This document shows positions 14,101 through 29,800 of a DNA stretch of 64,000 bases, in pieces. The notes under the pieces were generated by a model. It worked only from the letters and a program-made list of their open reading frames with translations, was not told the DNA's origin and searched no databases. Both the position numbers and the translations under genes were made by a program. The DNA comes from Eledone cirrhosa (Eukaryota). Within the stretch, counting starts at the first letter, position 1; the number at the start of each line of letters is the position of its first letter. The stretch is from assembly GCA_964016885.1 (NCBI GenBank), contig OZ024740.1, forward strand, positions 8,742,001 through 8,806,000, written 5' to 3'.

Positions 14101-17100
14101 GTATATCAGTTTCTATTGGTATATCAGTTTCGATTGATATATCAGTTTCGATTAGTATGTTAGTTTCTATTGGTATGTCAGCTTCGATTAGTATATCAGT
14201 TTCTATTGGTATGTCAGTTTCGATTGGTATGTCAGTTTCTATTGGTATATCAGTTTCGATTGGTATATCAGTTTCGATTGGTATATCAGTTTCGATTGGT
14301 ATGTCAGTTTCTATTGGTATGTCAGTTTCTATTGGTATGTCAGTTTCAATTGGTATATCAGTTTCAATTGGTATGTCAGTTTAATTGGTACGTCAATTTT
14401 GATTGGTATATCAGTTTCGATTGGTATGTCAGTTTCTATTGGTATATCAGTTTATATTTGTATGTCAGTTTTGATTAGTATGTTAGTTTCTATTGGTATG
14501 TCTGTTCCCATTGGTATGTTAGTCCTGGATTTGAATGTCAGTTTCTATTGGTACATCAATTTCGATTGGTATGTCAGTTTCTATTGGTATGTCAGTTTCT
14601 ATTGGTATATCAGTTTCGATTGGTATGTCAGTTTCGATTAGTATATCTGTTTCTATTGGTATGTCAGTTTCTATTGGTATATCAATTTCGATTGGTTTAT
14701 CAGTTTCGATTCATATGTCAGTTTCTATTTGTACGTCAGTTTCGATTCGTATGTCCGTTTTAATTGGCATGTTAGTTTCGATTCGTATGTCCGTTTCGAT
14801 TAGTATATCAGTTTCTGTTGGTATAACATTTTCTATTGGTATGTTAGTTTCTAATGGTATGTCAGTATATATTTGTATGTCAGTTTCGATTGGTATGTCA
14901 GTTTCCATTGGTATGTCTGTTTCGATTGGTATATCAGTTTCGATTGGTATATCAGTTTTGATTGGTATGTCAGTTTCTGTTGGTATGTCAATTTCGATTG
15001 GTATGTCAGTTTCTGTTGGTATATCAGTTTCGAATGGGATGTCAATTTCTATTGGTGTGTAAGTTTCGATTAGTATATCAGTTTCTATTTGTATGTCAAT
15101 TTTCAATTGATATGTCAGTTTCTCTTGGTATATCAGTTTCTATTGATATATCAGTTTCGATTGGTATGTCAGTTTCGATTGGTATGTCAGTTTCTATTGG
15201 TATATCAGTTTCGATTCATATATCGGTTCCGATTAGTATATCAGTTTCTACTGACGTGTCAGTTTCGATTTGTATATCAGCTTCTATTTGTATGTCAGTT
15301 TCGATTGGTATGTCAGTTTCTATTGCTATATCAGTTTCAATTGGTATATCAGATTCTATTGGTATATCAGTTTCGATTCGTATGTCAGTTTCTATTATTA
15401 TGTCAGTTTGTATTGGTATATCAGTTTCAATTGGTATATCTGTTTCTATTTGGTATGTCAGTTTTATTGGTATATCAGTTTCGATTGGTATATCAGTTTC
15501 TGTTGGTATGTCAATTTCGATTAGTATGTCAGTTTCTATTGGTATATCAGTTTCGATTGGTATGTCAGTTTCTATTGGTAGGTCAGTTTTGACTAGTATA
15601 TCAGTCTCTATTGGTATATCAGTTTCAATTGGTATGTCAGTTTCTATTGGTATATCAGTTTATATTTGTATGTCAGTTTCGATTCGTATGTCAGTTTCTA
15701 TTGGTATATCAGTTTTGATGTGTATGTTAGTTTCTATTGGTATGTCATGTCGATTGGTATGTTAGTCCTCGATTTGTATGTCAGTTTCTATTGGTATATC
15801 AATTTCGATTGGTATGTCAGTTTCGATTGGTATGTCAGTTTCAATTAGTATATCAGTTTCTATTGGTATGTCAGTTTCTATTGGTATATCAATTTCGATT
15901 GGTATCTCAGTTTCGATTAGTATGTCAGTTTCGATTCATATGTCAGTTTCGATTGGTATGTCAGTTTCGATTGGTATGTCAGTTTCTATTGGTATGTCAG
16001 TTTCAATTGGTATATCAGTTTCAATTGGTATGTCAGTTTTATGGGTATGTCAATTTCGATTGGTATATCAGTTTCGATTGGTATGTCAATTTCGATTGGT
16101 ATGTCAGTTTAGATTTGTATATCAGTTTCGATTGGTATTTCAGTTTCGATTGGTATGTCAGTTTCGATTGGTATGTCAGTTTCGATTGCTATGTCAGTTT
16201 CTATTGGTATATCAGTTTCGATTGATATATCAGTTTTGATTAGTATGTCAGGTTCTATTGGCATGTCAGTTTCGATTCGTATGTCCGTTTCGATTAGTAT
16301 ATCAGTTTCTGTTGGTATACCATTTTCGTTTGGTATGTTAGTTTCCAATGGTATTTCAGTATATATTTGTATGTCAGTTTCGATTGGTATGTCAGTTTCC
16401 ATTGGTATGTCTGTTTCGATTGGTATATCAGTTTCTATTGGTATATCAGTTTCGATTGGTATGTTAGTCCTCGATTGGTATATCAGTTTCGATTGGTATA
16501 TCAGTTTTGATTGGTATGTTAGTTTCTATTGGTATGTCAGTTTCGATTAGTATATCAGTTTCTATTGGTATATCAGTTTCGATTGGTATGTTAGTCCTCG
16601 ATTTGTATGTCAGTTTCTATTGGTATATCAATTTCGATTGGTATGTCAGTTTCTGTTGGTATGTCAATTTCGATTGGTATGTCAGTTTCTATTGGTATAT
16701 CAGTTTCTATTTGTATGTCAATTTTCGATTGATATGTCAGTTTCTCTTGGTATATCAGTTTCTATTGATATATCAGTTTCGATTGGTATGTCAGTTTCGA
16801 TTAGAAAATCAGTTTCTATTTGTATGTCAGTTTCTATTGGTATATCAGTTTCGATTGGTATGTCAATTTCGATTGGTATGTCAGTTTTCGATTTGTATAT
16901 CAGTTTCGATTGGTATGTCAGTTTCGATTGGTATGTCAGTTTCGATTGGCATGTCAGTTTCTATTGGTATATCAGTTTCGATTCATATATCGGTTCCGAT
17001 TAGTATATCAGTTTCTATTTATGTGTCAGTTTCGATTAGTATATCAGCTTCTACTTGTATGTCAGTTTCGATTGGTATGTCAGTTTCGATTCGTATGTCA

Positions 17101-17842
17101 GTTTCTATTATTATGTCAGTTTGTATTGGTATATCAGTTTCAATTGGTATATCAGTTTATATTTGGTACGTCAGTTTTATTTGCATGTCAGTTTCGATTA
17201 GTATATCAGTTTCTGTTGGTATGTCAATTTCGATTAGTATGTCAGTTTCTATTGGTATATCAGTTTCGATTGGTATGTCAGTTTCTATTGGTATGTCAGT
17301 TTTGACTAGTATATCAGTCTCTATTTGTATATCAGTTTCAATTGGTATGTCAGTTTCTATTGGTATATCAGTTTATATTTGTATGTCAGTTTCGATTGGT
17401 ATGTCAGTTTCTATTGGTATATCAGTTTTGATTGGTATGTTAGTTTCTATTGGTATGTCAGTTCCGATTGGTATGTTAGTCCTCGATTTGTATGTCAGTT
17501 TCTATTGGTATATCAATTTCGATTGGTATGTCAGTTTCTATTGGTATGTCAGTTTCTATTGGTATGTTAGTTTCGATTAGTATATCACTTTCTATTTGTA
17601 TGTCAGTTTCGATTGGTATGTCTGTTTCTAATGATATATCAGTTTCGATTGGTATATCAGTTTTGATTGGTATATCAGTTTTGAATGGTATGTCAGTTTC
17701 GATTGGTATGTCAGTTTCGATTGGTATATCAGTTCCGATTGGTATGTCAGTTTCGATTGGTATGTCAGTTTCGATTGGTATATCAGTTTCGATTGGTATG
17801 TCAGTTTCGATTGGTATATCAGTTTTGATTTGTATATGAGTT

Positions 17843-20800
17843 CCTATAGCTATATCAGTTTCTATTGGTATGTCAGTTTCTATTGGTATATCAGCTTCGA
17901 TTGGTATATCAGTTTCTATTGGTATATCAGTTTCTATTGGTATGTCAGTTTTGATTGGTATGTCAGTTTCGATTTGTATGTCAGTTTCGATTGGTATATC
18001 AGTTTCGATTGGTATGTCAGTTTCGATTGGTATATCAGTTTCGATTGGTATGTCAGTTTCAATTGATATGTCAGTTTCGATTGCTATATCAGTTCCGATT
18101 GGTATGTCAGTTACGATTGGTATGTCAGTTTCGATTGGTATATCAGTTTCGATTGGTATATCAGTTTCGACTGGTATATCAGTTTCGATTAGTATAATCA
18201 GTTTCTATTGGTATGTCAGTTTCTATTGGTATATCAGTACCGATTGGTATATCAGTTTCGATTAGTATGTCAGTTTCTATTCGTATGTGAGTTTCGATTA
18301 GTATATCAGTTTCTATCGGTATATCAGTTTCGATTGATATGTCAGTTTCGATTGGTATATCAGTTCCGATTAGTATGTCAGTTTCGATTGGTATATCAGT
18401 TTCAATTGGTATGTCAGTTTTGATTGGTATGTCAGTTTCGATTGGTATGTCAATTTCGAGTGGTATATCAGTTTCGAGTGGTATGTCAATTTCGATTGGT
18501 ATATCAGTTTCGATTAGTATGTCAGTTTCTATTGGTATGTTAGTTTCGATTAGTATATCACTTTCTATTTGTATGTCAGTTTCGATTGGTATGTCTGTTT
18601 CTAATGATATATCAGTTTCGATTGGTATATCAGTTTTGATTGGTATATCAGTTTTGAATGGTATGTCAGTTTCGATTGGTATGTTAGTTTCGATTGGTAT
18701 ATCAGTTCCGATTGGTGTGTCAGTTTAGATTGGTATGTCAGTTTCGATTGGTATATCAGTTTCGATTGGTATGTCAGTTTCGATTGGTATATCAGTTTTG
18801 ATTTGTATAAGAGTTCCTATAGCTATATCAGTTTCTATTGGTATGTCAGTTTCTATTGGTATATCAGCTTCGATTGGTATATCAGTTTCTATTGGTATAT
18901 CAGTTTCTATTGGTATGTCAGGTTCGATTGGTACGTAATTTCGATGGGTATATTAGTTTCTATTGGTATGTCAGTTTCAATTAGTATATCAGTTTCTATT
19001 GGTATGTCAGTTTCGATTGGTATATCAGTTTTGATATGTATATGAGTTCCTATAGCTATATCAGTTTCTATTGGTATGTCAGTTTCTATTGGTATATCAG
19101 CTTCGATTGGTATATCAGTTTCTATTGGTATATCAGTTTCTATTGGTATGTCAGTTTTGATTGGTATGTCAGTTTCGATTTGTATGTCAGTTTCGATTGG
19201 TATATCAGTTTCGATTGGTATGTCAGTTTCAATTGATATGTCAGTTTCGATTGCTATATCAGTTCCGATTGGTATGTCAGTTTCGATTGGTATTTCAGTT
19301 TCGATTGGTATATCAGTTTCGATTGGTATATCAGTTTCGACTGGTATATCAGTTTCGATTAGTATAATCAGTTTCTATTGGTATGTCAGTTTCTATTGGT
19401 ATATCAGTACCGATTGGTATATCAGTTTCGATTAGTATGTCAGTTTCTATTCGTATGTTAGTTTCGATTAGTATATCAGTTTCTATCGGTATGTCAGTTT
19501 CGATTGATATGTCAGTTTCGATTGGTATATCAGTTCTGATTAGTATGTCAGTTTCGATTGGTATATCAGTTTCAATTGGTATGTCAGTTTTGATTGGTAT
19601 GTCAGTTTCGATTGGTATGTTAATTTCGATTGGTATATCAGTTTCGATTGGTATGTCAATTTCGATTGGTATATCAGTTTCGATTAGTATGTCAGTTTCT
19701 ATTGGTATGTTAGTTTCGATTAGTATATCACTTTCTATTTGTATGTCAGTTTCGATTGGTATGTCTGTTTCTAATGATATATCAGTTTCGATTGGTATAT
19801 CAGTTTTGATTGGTATATCAGTTTTGAATGGTATGTCAGTTTCGATTGGTATGTCAGTTTCGATTGGTATATCAGTTCCGATTGGTATGTCAGTTTAGAT
19901 TGGTATGTCAGTTTCGATTGGTATATCAGTTTCGATTGGTATGTCAGTTTCTCTTGGTATATCAGTTTCTATTGATATATCAGTTTCGATTGGTATGTCA
20001 GTTTCGATTAATAAATCAGTTTCTATTTGTATGTCAGTTTCGATTGGTATGTCAGTTTCGATTGGTATGTCAGTTTCTATTGGTATATCAGTTTCGATTG
20101 GTATGTCAGTTTCGATTGGTTTGTCAGTTTCTATTGGTATATCAGTTTCGATTCATATATCGGTTCCGATTAGTATATCAGTTTCTACTGACGTGTCAGT
20201 TTCGATTTGTATATCAGCTTCTATTTGTATGTCAGTTTCGATTGGTATGTCAGTTTCTATTGGTATATCAGTTTCAATTGGTATATCAGATTCTATTGGT
20301 ATATCAGTTTCGATTCGTATGTCAGTTTCTATTATTATGTCAGTTTGTATTGGTATATCAGTTTCAATTGGTATATCAGTTTCTATTTGGTATGTCAGTT
20401 TTATTGGTATGTCAGTTTCGATTGGTATATCAGTTTCTGTTGGTATGTCAATTTCGATTAGTATGTCAGTTTCTATTGGTATATCAGTTTCGATTGGTAT
20501 GTCAGTTTCTATTGGTAGGTCAGTTTTGACTAGTATATCAGTCTCTATTGGTATATCAGTTTCAATTGGTATGTCAGTTTCTATTGGTATATCAGTTTAT
20601 ATTTGTATGTCAGTTTCGATTCGTATGTCAGTTTCTATTGGTATATCAGTTTTGATGTGTATGTTAGTTTCTATTGGTATGTCATGTCGATTGGTATGTT
20701 AGTCCTCGATTTGTATGTCAGTTTCTATTGGTATATCAATTTCGATTGGTATGTCAGTTTCGATTGGTATGTCAGTTTCAATTAGTATATCAGTTTCTAT

Positions 20801-23800
20801 TGGTATGTCAGTCTCTATTGGTATATCAATTTCGATTGGTATCTCAGTTTCGATTAGTATGTCAGTTTCGATTCATATGTCAGTTTCGATTGGTATGTCA
20901 GTTTCGATTGGTATGTCAGTTTCTATTGGTATGTCAGTTTCAATTGGTATATCAGTTTCAATTGGTATGTCAGTTTTATGGGTATGTCAATTTCGATTGG
21001 TATATCAGTTTCAATTGGTATGTCAATTTCGATTGGTATGTCAGTTTAGATTTGTATATCAGTTTCGATTGGTATTTCAGTTTCGATTGGTATGTCAGTT
21101 TCGATTGGTATGTCAGTTTCGATTGCTATGTCAGTTTCTATTGGTATATCAGTTTCGATTGATATATCAGTTTTGATTAGTATGTCAGGTTCTATTGGCA
21201 TGTCAGTTTCGATTCGTATGTCCGTTTCGATTAGTATATCGGTTTCAACTAGTATATCAGTATCTATTGATGTGTCAGTTTCGATTAGTATATCAGCTTC
21301 TATTTGTATGTCAGTTTCGATTGGTATGTCAGTTTCGATTGGTATATCAGTTTCGATTGCTATGTCAGTTTCTATTGGTATATCAGTTTCGATTGATATA
21401 TCAGTTTTGATTAGTATGTCAGGTTCTATTGGCATGTCAGTTTCGATTCGTATATCAGTTTCTGTTGGTATACCATTTTCTTTTGGTATGTTAGTTTCCA
21501 ATGGTATTTCAGTATATATTTGTATGTCAGTTTCGATTGGTATGTCAGTTTCCATTGGTATGTCTGTTTCGATTGGTATATCAGTTTCTATTGGTATATC
21601 AGTTTCGATTGGTATGCTAGTCCTCGATTGGTATATCAGTTTCGATTGGTATATCAGTTTTGATTGGTATGTTAGTTTCTATTGGTATGTCAGTTTCGAT
21701 TAGTATATCAGTTTCTATTGGTATATCAGTTTCGATTGGTATGTTAGTCCTCGATTTGTATGTCAGTTTCTATTGGTATATCAATTTCGATTGGTATGTC
21801 AGTTTCTGTTGGTATGTCAATTTCGATTGGTATGTCAGTTTCTATTGGTATATCAGTTTCTATTTGTATGTCAATTTTCGATTGATATGTCAGTTTCTCT
21901 TGGTATATCAGTTTCTATTGATATATCAGTTTCGATTGGTATGTCAGTTTCGATTAGAAAATCAGTTTCTATTTGTATGTCAGTTTCTATTGGTATATCA
22001 GTTTCGATTGGTATATCAGTTTCGATTGGTATGTCAATTTCGATTGGTATGTCAGTTTTCGATTTGTATATCAGTTTCGATGGGTATGTCAGTTTCGATT
22101 GGTATGTCAGTTTCGATTGGCATGTCAGTTTCTATTGGTATATCAGTTTCGATTCATATATCGGTTCCGATTAGTATATCAGTTTCTATTTATGTGTCAG
22201 TTTCGATTAGTATATCAGCTTCTACTTGTATGTCAGTTTCGATTGGTATGTCAGTTTCGATTCGTATGTCAGTTTCTATTATTATGTCAGTTTGTATTGG
22301 TATATCAGTTTCAATTGGTATATCAGTTTATATTTGGTATGTCAGTTTTATTTGCATGTCAGTTTCGATTGGTATATCAGTTTCTGTTGGTATGTCAATT
22401 TCGATTAGTATGTCAGTTTCTATTGGTATATCAGTTTCGATTGGTATGTCAGTTTCTATTGGTATGTCAGTTTTGACTAGTATATCAGTCTCTATTTGTA
22501 TATCAGTTTCAATTGGTATGTCAGTTTCTATTGGTATATCAGTTTATATTTGTATGTCAGTTTCGATTGGTATGTCAGTTTCTATTGGTATATCAGTTTT
22601 GATTGGTATGTTAGTTTCTATTGGTATGTCAGTTCCGATTGGTATGTTAGTCCTCGATTTGTATGTCAGTTTCTATTGGTATATCAATTTCGATTGGTAT
22701 GTCAGTTTCTATTGGTATGTCAGTTTCTATTGGTATATCAGTTTCGATTGGTATGTCAGTTTCAATTAGTATATCAGTTTCTATTGGTATGTCAGTTTCT
22801 ATTGGTATATCAATTTCGATTGGTATATCAGTTTCGATTAGTATGTCAGTTTCGATTCATATGTCAGTTTCGATTGGTATGTCAGTTTCGATTGGTATGT
22901 CAGTTTCTATTGGTATATCAATTTCGATTCATATATCGGTTTCAATTAGTATATCAGTTTCTATTGATGTGTCAGTTTCGATTAGTATATCAGCTTCTAT
23001 TTGTATGTCAGTTTCGATTGGTATGTCAGTTTCTATTAGTATATCAGTTTCAATTGGTATATCAGTTTCGATTGGTATATCAGTTTCGATTCGTATGTCA
23101 GTTTCTATTATTATGTCAGTTTGTATTGGTATATCAGTTTCAATTGGTATATCAGTTTCTATTGGTATGTCAGTTTTATTGGTATGTCAGTTTCGATTGG
23201 TATATCAGTTTCTGTTGGTATGTCAATTTCGATTAGTATGTCAGTTTATATTGGTATATCAGTTTCGATTGGTATATCAGTTTCTATTGGTATGTTAGTT
23301 TTGACTAGTATATCAGTCGCTATTGGTATGTCAGTTTCGAATGGTATATCAGTTTTGATTGGTATATCAGTTTCTATTGGTATATCAGTTCCGATTGGTA
23401 TATCAGTTTCGATTGGTATGTCAGTTTCTATTGGTATGTCAGTATCAATTGGCATGTCAGTTTCTATTGGTATATCAGTTTCGATTCATATATCGGTTCC
23501 GATTAGTATATCAGTTTCTATTGATGTGTCAGTTTCGATTAGTATATCAGCTTCTATTTGTATGTCAGTTTCGATTGGTATGTCAGTTTCTATTGGTATA
23601 TCAGTTTCAATTGGTATATCAGTTTCGATTGGTATATCAGTTTCGATTCGTATGTCAGTTTCTATTATTATGTCAGTTTGTATTGGTATATCAGTTTCAA
23701 TTGGTATATCAGGTTCTATTTGGTATGTTAGTTTTATTTGTATGTCAGTTTTGATTGGTATATCAGTTTCTGTTGGTATGTCAATTTCGATTAGTATGTC

Positions 23801-26800
23801 AGTTTCTATTGGTATATCAGTTTCGATTGGTATGTCAGTTTCTATTGGTATGTCAGTTTATAATTGTATCTCAGTTTCGATTGGTATGTCAGTTTCTATT
23901 GGTATATCAGTTTTGATTGGTATGTTAGTTTCTATTGGTATGTCAGTTCCGATTGGTATGTTAGTCCTCGATTTGTATGTCAGTTTCTATTGGTATATCA
24001 GTTTCGATTGGTATGTCAGTTTCAATTAGTATATCAGTTTCTATTGGTATGTCAGTTTCTATTGGTATATCAATTTCGATTGGTATATCAGTTTCGATTA
24101 GTATGTCAGTTTCGATTCATATGTCAGTTGCTATTGGTATGTCAGTTTCAATTGGTATATCAGTTTCAATTGGTATGTCAATTTCGATTGGTATGTCAGT
24201 TTAGATTTGTATATCAGTTTCGATTGGTATGTCAGTTTCGATTGGTATGTCAGTTTCGATTGGTATGTCAGTTTCTATTGGTATATCAATTTCGATTCAT
24301 ATATCGGTTTCAATTAGTATATCAGTTTCTATTGATCTGTCAGTTTCGATTAGTATATCAGCTTCTATTTGTATGTCAGTTTCAATTGGTATGTCAGTTT
24401 CGATTGGTATATCAGTTTCTGTTGGTATGTCAATTTCGATTAGTATGTCCGTTTATATTGGTATATCAGTTTCGATTGGTATATCAGTTTCTATTGGTAT
24501 GTCAGTTTTGACTAGTATATCAGTCTCTATTGGTATGTCAGTTTCGATTGGTATGTCTATTTCGAATGGTATATCAGTTTTGATTGGTATATCAGTTTCT
24601 ATTGGTATATCAGTTCCAATTAGTATATCAGTTTCGATTGGTATGTCAGTTTCTATTGGTATATCAGTTTCGATTGATATATCAGTTTTGATTAGTATGT
24701 CAGTTTCTATTGGCATGTCAATTTCGATTGGTATGTCCGTTTCTATTGGTATATCCGTTTCGAATGGTATGTCAGTTTCTATTGGTATATCAGTTTCGAT
24801 TGATATATCAGTTTCGATTAGTATATCAGCTTCTATTTGTATGTCAGTTTCGATTGGTATGTCAGTTTCTATTAGTATATCAGTTTCAATTGGTATATCA
24901 GTTTCGATTGGTATATCAGTTTCGATTCGTATGTCAGTTTCTATTATTATGTCAGTTTGTATTGGTATATCAGTTTCAAGTGGTATATCAGTTTCTATTG
25001 GTATGTCAGTTTTATTGGTATGTCAGTTTCGATTGGTATGTCAGTTTCTATTGGTATATCAATTTCGATTCATATATCGGTTTCAATTAGTATATCAGTT
25101 TCTATTGATCTGTCAGTTTTGATTAGTATCTCAGCTTCTATTTGTATGTCAGTTTCGATTGATATGTCAGTTTCTATTGGTATATCAGTTCCTATAGCTA
25201 TATCAGTTTCTATTGGTATGTCAGTTTCTATTGGTATATCAGCTTCGATTGGTATATCAGTTTCTATTGGTATATCAGTTTCTATTGGTATGTCAGTTTT
25301 GATTGGTATGTCAGTTTCGATTTGTATGTCAGTTTCGATTGGTATATCAGTTTCGATTGGTATGTCAGTTTCGATTGGTATATCAGTTTCGATTGGTATG
25401 TCAGTTTCAATTGATATGTCAGTTTCGATTGCTATATCAGTTCCGATTGGTATGTCAGTTACGATTGGTATGTCAGTTTCGATTGGTATATCAGTTTCGA
25501 TTGGTATATCAGTTTCGACTGGTATATCAGTTTCGATTAGTATAATCAGTTTCTATTGGTATGTCAGTTTCTATTGGTATATCAGTACCGATTGGTATAT
25601 CAGTTTCGATTAGTATGTCAGTTTCTATTCGTATGTAAGTTTCGATTAGTATATCAGTTTCTATCGGTATATCAGTTTCGATTGATATGTCAGTTTCGAT
25701 TGGTATATCAGTTCCGATTAGTATGTCAGTTTCGATTGGTATATCAGTTTCAATTGGTATGTCAGTTTTGATTGGTATGTCAGTTTCGATTGGTATGTCA
25801 ATTTCGATTGGTATATCAGTTTCGATTGGTATGTCAATTTCGATTGGTATATCAGTTTCGATTAGTATGTCAGTTTCTATTGGTATGTTAGTTTCGATTA
25901 GTATATCACTTTCTATTTGTATGTCAGTTTCGATTGGTATGTCTGTTTCTAATGATATATCAGTTTCGATTGGTATATCAGTTTTGATTGGTATATCAGT
26001 TTTGAATGGTATGTCAGTTTCGATTGGTATGTCAGTTTCGATTGGTATATCAGTTCCGATTGGTATGTCAGTTTAGATTGGTATGTCAGTTTCGATTGGT
26101 ATATCAGTTTCGATTGGTATGTCAGTTTCGATTGGTATATCAGTTTTGATTTGTATAAGAGTTCCTATAGCTATATCAGTTTCTATTGGTATGTCAGTTT
26201 CTATTGGTATATCAGCTTCGATTGGTATATCAGTTTCTATTGGTATATCAGTTTCTATTGGTATGTCAGGTTCGATTGGTACGTAATTTCGATGGGTATA
26301 TTAGTTTCTATTGGTATGTCAGTTTCAATTAGTATATCAGTTTCTATTGGTATGTCAGTTTCGATTGGTATATCAGTTTTGATATGTATATGAGTTCCTA
26401 TAGCTATATCAGTTTCTATTGGTATGTCAGTTTCTATTGGTATATCGGCTTCGATTGGTATATCAGTTTCTATTGGTATATCAGTTTCTATTGGTATGTC
26501 AGTTTTGATTGGTATGTCAGTTTCGATTTGTATGTCAGTTTCGATTGGTATATCAGTTTCGATTGGTATGTCAGTTTCAATTGATATGTCAGTTTCGATT
26601 GCTATATCAGTTCCGATTGGTATGTCAGTTTCGATTGGTATGTCAGTTTCGATTGGTATATCAGTTTCGATTGGTATATCAGTTTCGACTGGTATATCAG
26701 TTTCGATTAGTATAATCAGTTTCTATTGGTATGTCAGTTTCTATTGGTATATCAGTACCGATTGGTATATCAGTTTCGATTAGTATGTCAGTTTCTATTC

Positions 26801-29800
26801 GTATGTTAGTTTCGATTAGTATATCAGTTTCTATCGGTATGTCAGTTTCGATTGATATGTCAGTTTCGATTGGTATATCAGTTCTGATTAGTATGTCAGT
26901 TTCGATTGGTATATCAGTTTCAATTGGTATGTCAGTTTTGATTGGTATGTCAGTTTCGATTGGTATGTTAATTTCGATTGGTATATCAGTTTCGATTGGT
27001 ATGTCAATTTCGATTGGTATATCAGTTTCGATTAGTATGTCAGTTTCTATTGGTATGTTAGTTTCGATTAGTATATCACTTTCTATTTGTATGTCAGTTT
27101 CGATTGGTATGTCTGTTTCTAATGATATATCAGTTTCGATTGGTATATCAGTTTTGATTGGTATATCAGTTTTGAATGGTATGTCAGTTTCGATTGGTAT
27201 GTCAGTTTCGATTGGTATATCAGTTCCGATTGGTATGTCAGTTTAGATTGGTATGTCAGTTTCGATTGGTATATCAGTTTCGATTGGTATGTCAGTTTCT
27301 CTTGGTATATCAGTTTCTATTGATATATCAGTTTCGATTGGTATGTCAGTTTCGATTAATAAATCAGTTTCTATTTGTATGTCAGTTTCGATTGGTATGT
27401 CAGTTTCGATTGGTATGTCAGTTTCTATTGGTATATCAGTTTCGATTGGTATGTCAGTTTCGATTGGTATGCCAGTTTCTATTGGTATATCAGTTTCGAT
27501 TCATATATCGGTTCCGATTAGTATATCAGTTTCTACTGACGTGTCAGTTTCGATTTGTATATCAGCTTCTATTTGTATGTCAGTTTCGATTGGTATGTCA
27601 GTTTCTATTGGTATATCAGTTTCAATTGGTATATCAGATTCTATTGGTATATCAGTTTCGATTCGTATGTCAGTTTCTATTATTATGTCAGTTTGTATTG
27701 GTATATCAGTTTCAATTGGTATATCAGTTTCTATTTGGTATGTCAGTTTTATTGGTATGTCAGTTTCGATTGGTATATCAGTTTCTGTTGGTATGTCAAT
27801 TTCGATTAGTATGTCAGTTTCTATTGGTATATCAGTTTCGATTGGTATGTCAGTTTCTATTGGTAGGTCAGTTTTGACTAGTATATCAGTCTCTATTGGT
27901 ATATCAGTTTCAATTGGTATGTCAGTTTCTATTGGTATATCAGTTTATATTTGTATGTCAGTTTCGATTCGTATGTCAGTTTCTATTGGTATATCAGTTT
28001 TGATGTGTATGTTAGTTTCTATTGGTATGTCATGTCGATTGGTATGTTAGTCCTCGATTTGTATGTCAGTTTCTATTGGTATATCAATTTCGATTGGTAT
28101 GTCAGTTTCGATTGGTATGTCAGTTTCAATTAGTATATCAGTTTCTATTGGTATGTCAGTTTCTATTGGTATATCAATTTCGATTGGTATCTCAGTTTCG
28201 ATTAGTATGTCAGTTTCGATTCATATGTCAGTTTCGATTGGTATGTCAGTTTCGATTGGTATGTCAGTTTCTATTGGTATGTCAGTTTCAATTGGTATAT
28301 CAGTTTCAATTGGTATGTCAGTTTTATGGGTATGTCAATTTCGATTGGTATATCAGTTTCAATTGGTATGTCAATTTCGATTGGCATGTCAGTTTAGATT
28401 TGTATATCAGTTTCGATTGGTATTTCAGTTTCGATTGGTATGTCAGTTTCGATTGGTATGTCAGTTTCGATTGCTATGTCAGTTTCTATTGGTATATCAG
28501 TTTCGATTGATATATCAGTTTTGATTAGTATGTCAGGTTCTATTGGCATGTCAGTTTCGATTCGTATGTCCGTTTCGATTAGTATATCGGTTTCAACTAG
28601 TATATCAGTTTCTATTGATGTGTCAGTTTCGATTAGTATATCAGCTTCTATTTGTATGTCAGTTTCGATTGGTATGTCAGTTTCGATTGGTATATCAGTT
28701 TCGATTGCTATGTCAGTTTCTATTGGTATATCAGTTTCGATTGATATATCAGTTTTGATTAGTATGTCAGGTTCTATTGGCATGTCAGTTTCGATTCGTA
28801 TGTCCGTTTCGATTAGTATATCAGTTTCTGTTGGTATACCATTTTCTTTTGGTATGTTAGTTTCCAATGGTATTTCAGTATATATTTGTATGTCAGTTTC
28901 GATTGGTATGTCAGTTTCCATTGGTATGTCTGTTTCGATTGGTATATCAGTTTCTATTGGTATATCAGTTTCGATTGGTATGTTAGTCCTCGATTGGTAT
29001 ATCAGTTTCGATTGGTATATCAGTTTTGATTGGTATGTTAGTTTCTATTGGTATGTCAGTTTCGATTAGTATATCAGTTTCTATTGGTATATCAGTTTCG
29101 ATTGGTATGTTAGTCCTCGATTTGTATGTCAGTTTCTATTGGTATATCAATTTCGATTGGTATGTCAGTTTCTGTTGGTATGTCAATTTCGATTGGTATG
29201 TCAGTTTCTATTGGTATATCAGTTTCTATTTGTATGTCAATTTTCGATTGATATGTCAGTTTCTCTTGGTATATCAGTTTCTATTGATATATCAGTTTCG
29301 ATTGGTATGTCAGTTTCGATTAGAAAATCAGTTTCTATTTGTATGTCAGTTTCTATTGGTATATCAGTTTCGATTGGTATATCAGTTTCGATTGGTATGT
29401 CAATTTCGATTGGTATGTCAGTTTTCGATTTGTATATCAGTTTCGATTGGTATGTCAGTTTCGATTGGTATGTCAGTTTCGATTGGCATGTCAGTTTCTA
29501 TTGGTATATCAGTTTCGATTCATATATCGGTTCCGATTAGTATATCAGTTTCTATTTATGTGTCAGTTTCGATTAGTATATCAGCTTCTACTTGTATGTC
29601 AGTTTCGATTGGTATGTCAGTTTCGATTCGTATGTCAGTTTCTATTATTATGTCAGTTTGTATTGGTATATCAGTTTCAATTGGTATATCAGTTTATATT
29701 TGGTATGTCAGTTTTATTTGCATGTCAGTTTCGATTGGTATATCAGTTTCTGTTGGTATGTCAATTTCGATTAGTATGTCAGTTTCTATTGGTATATCAG

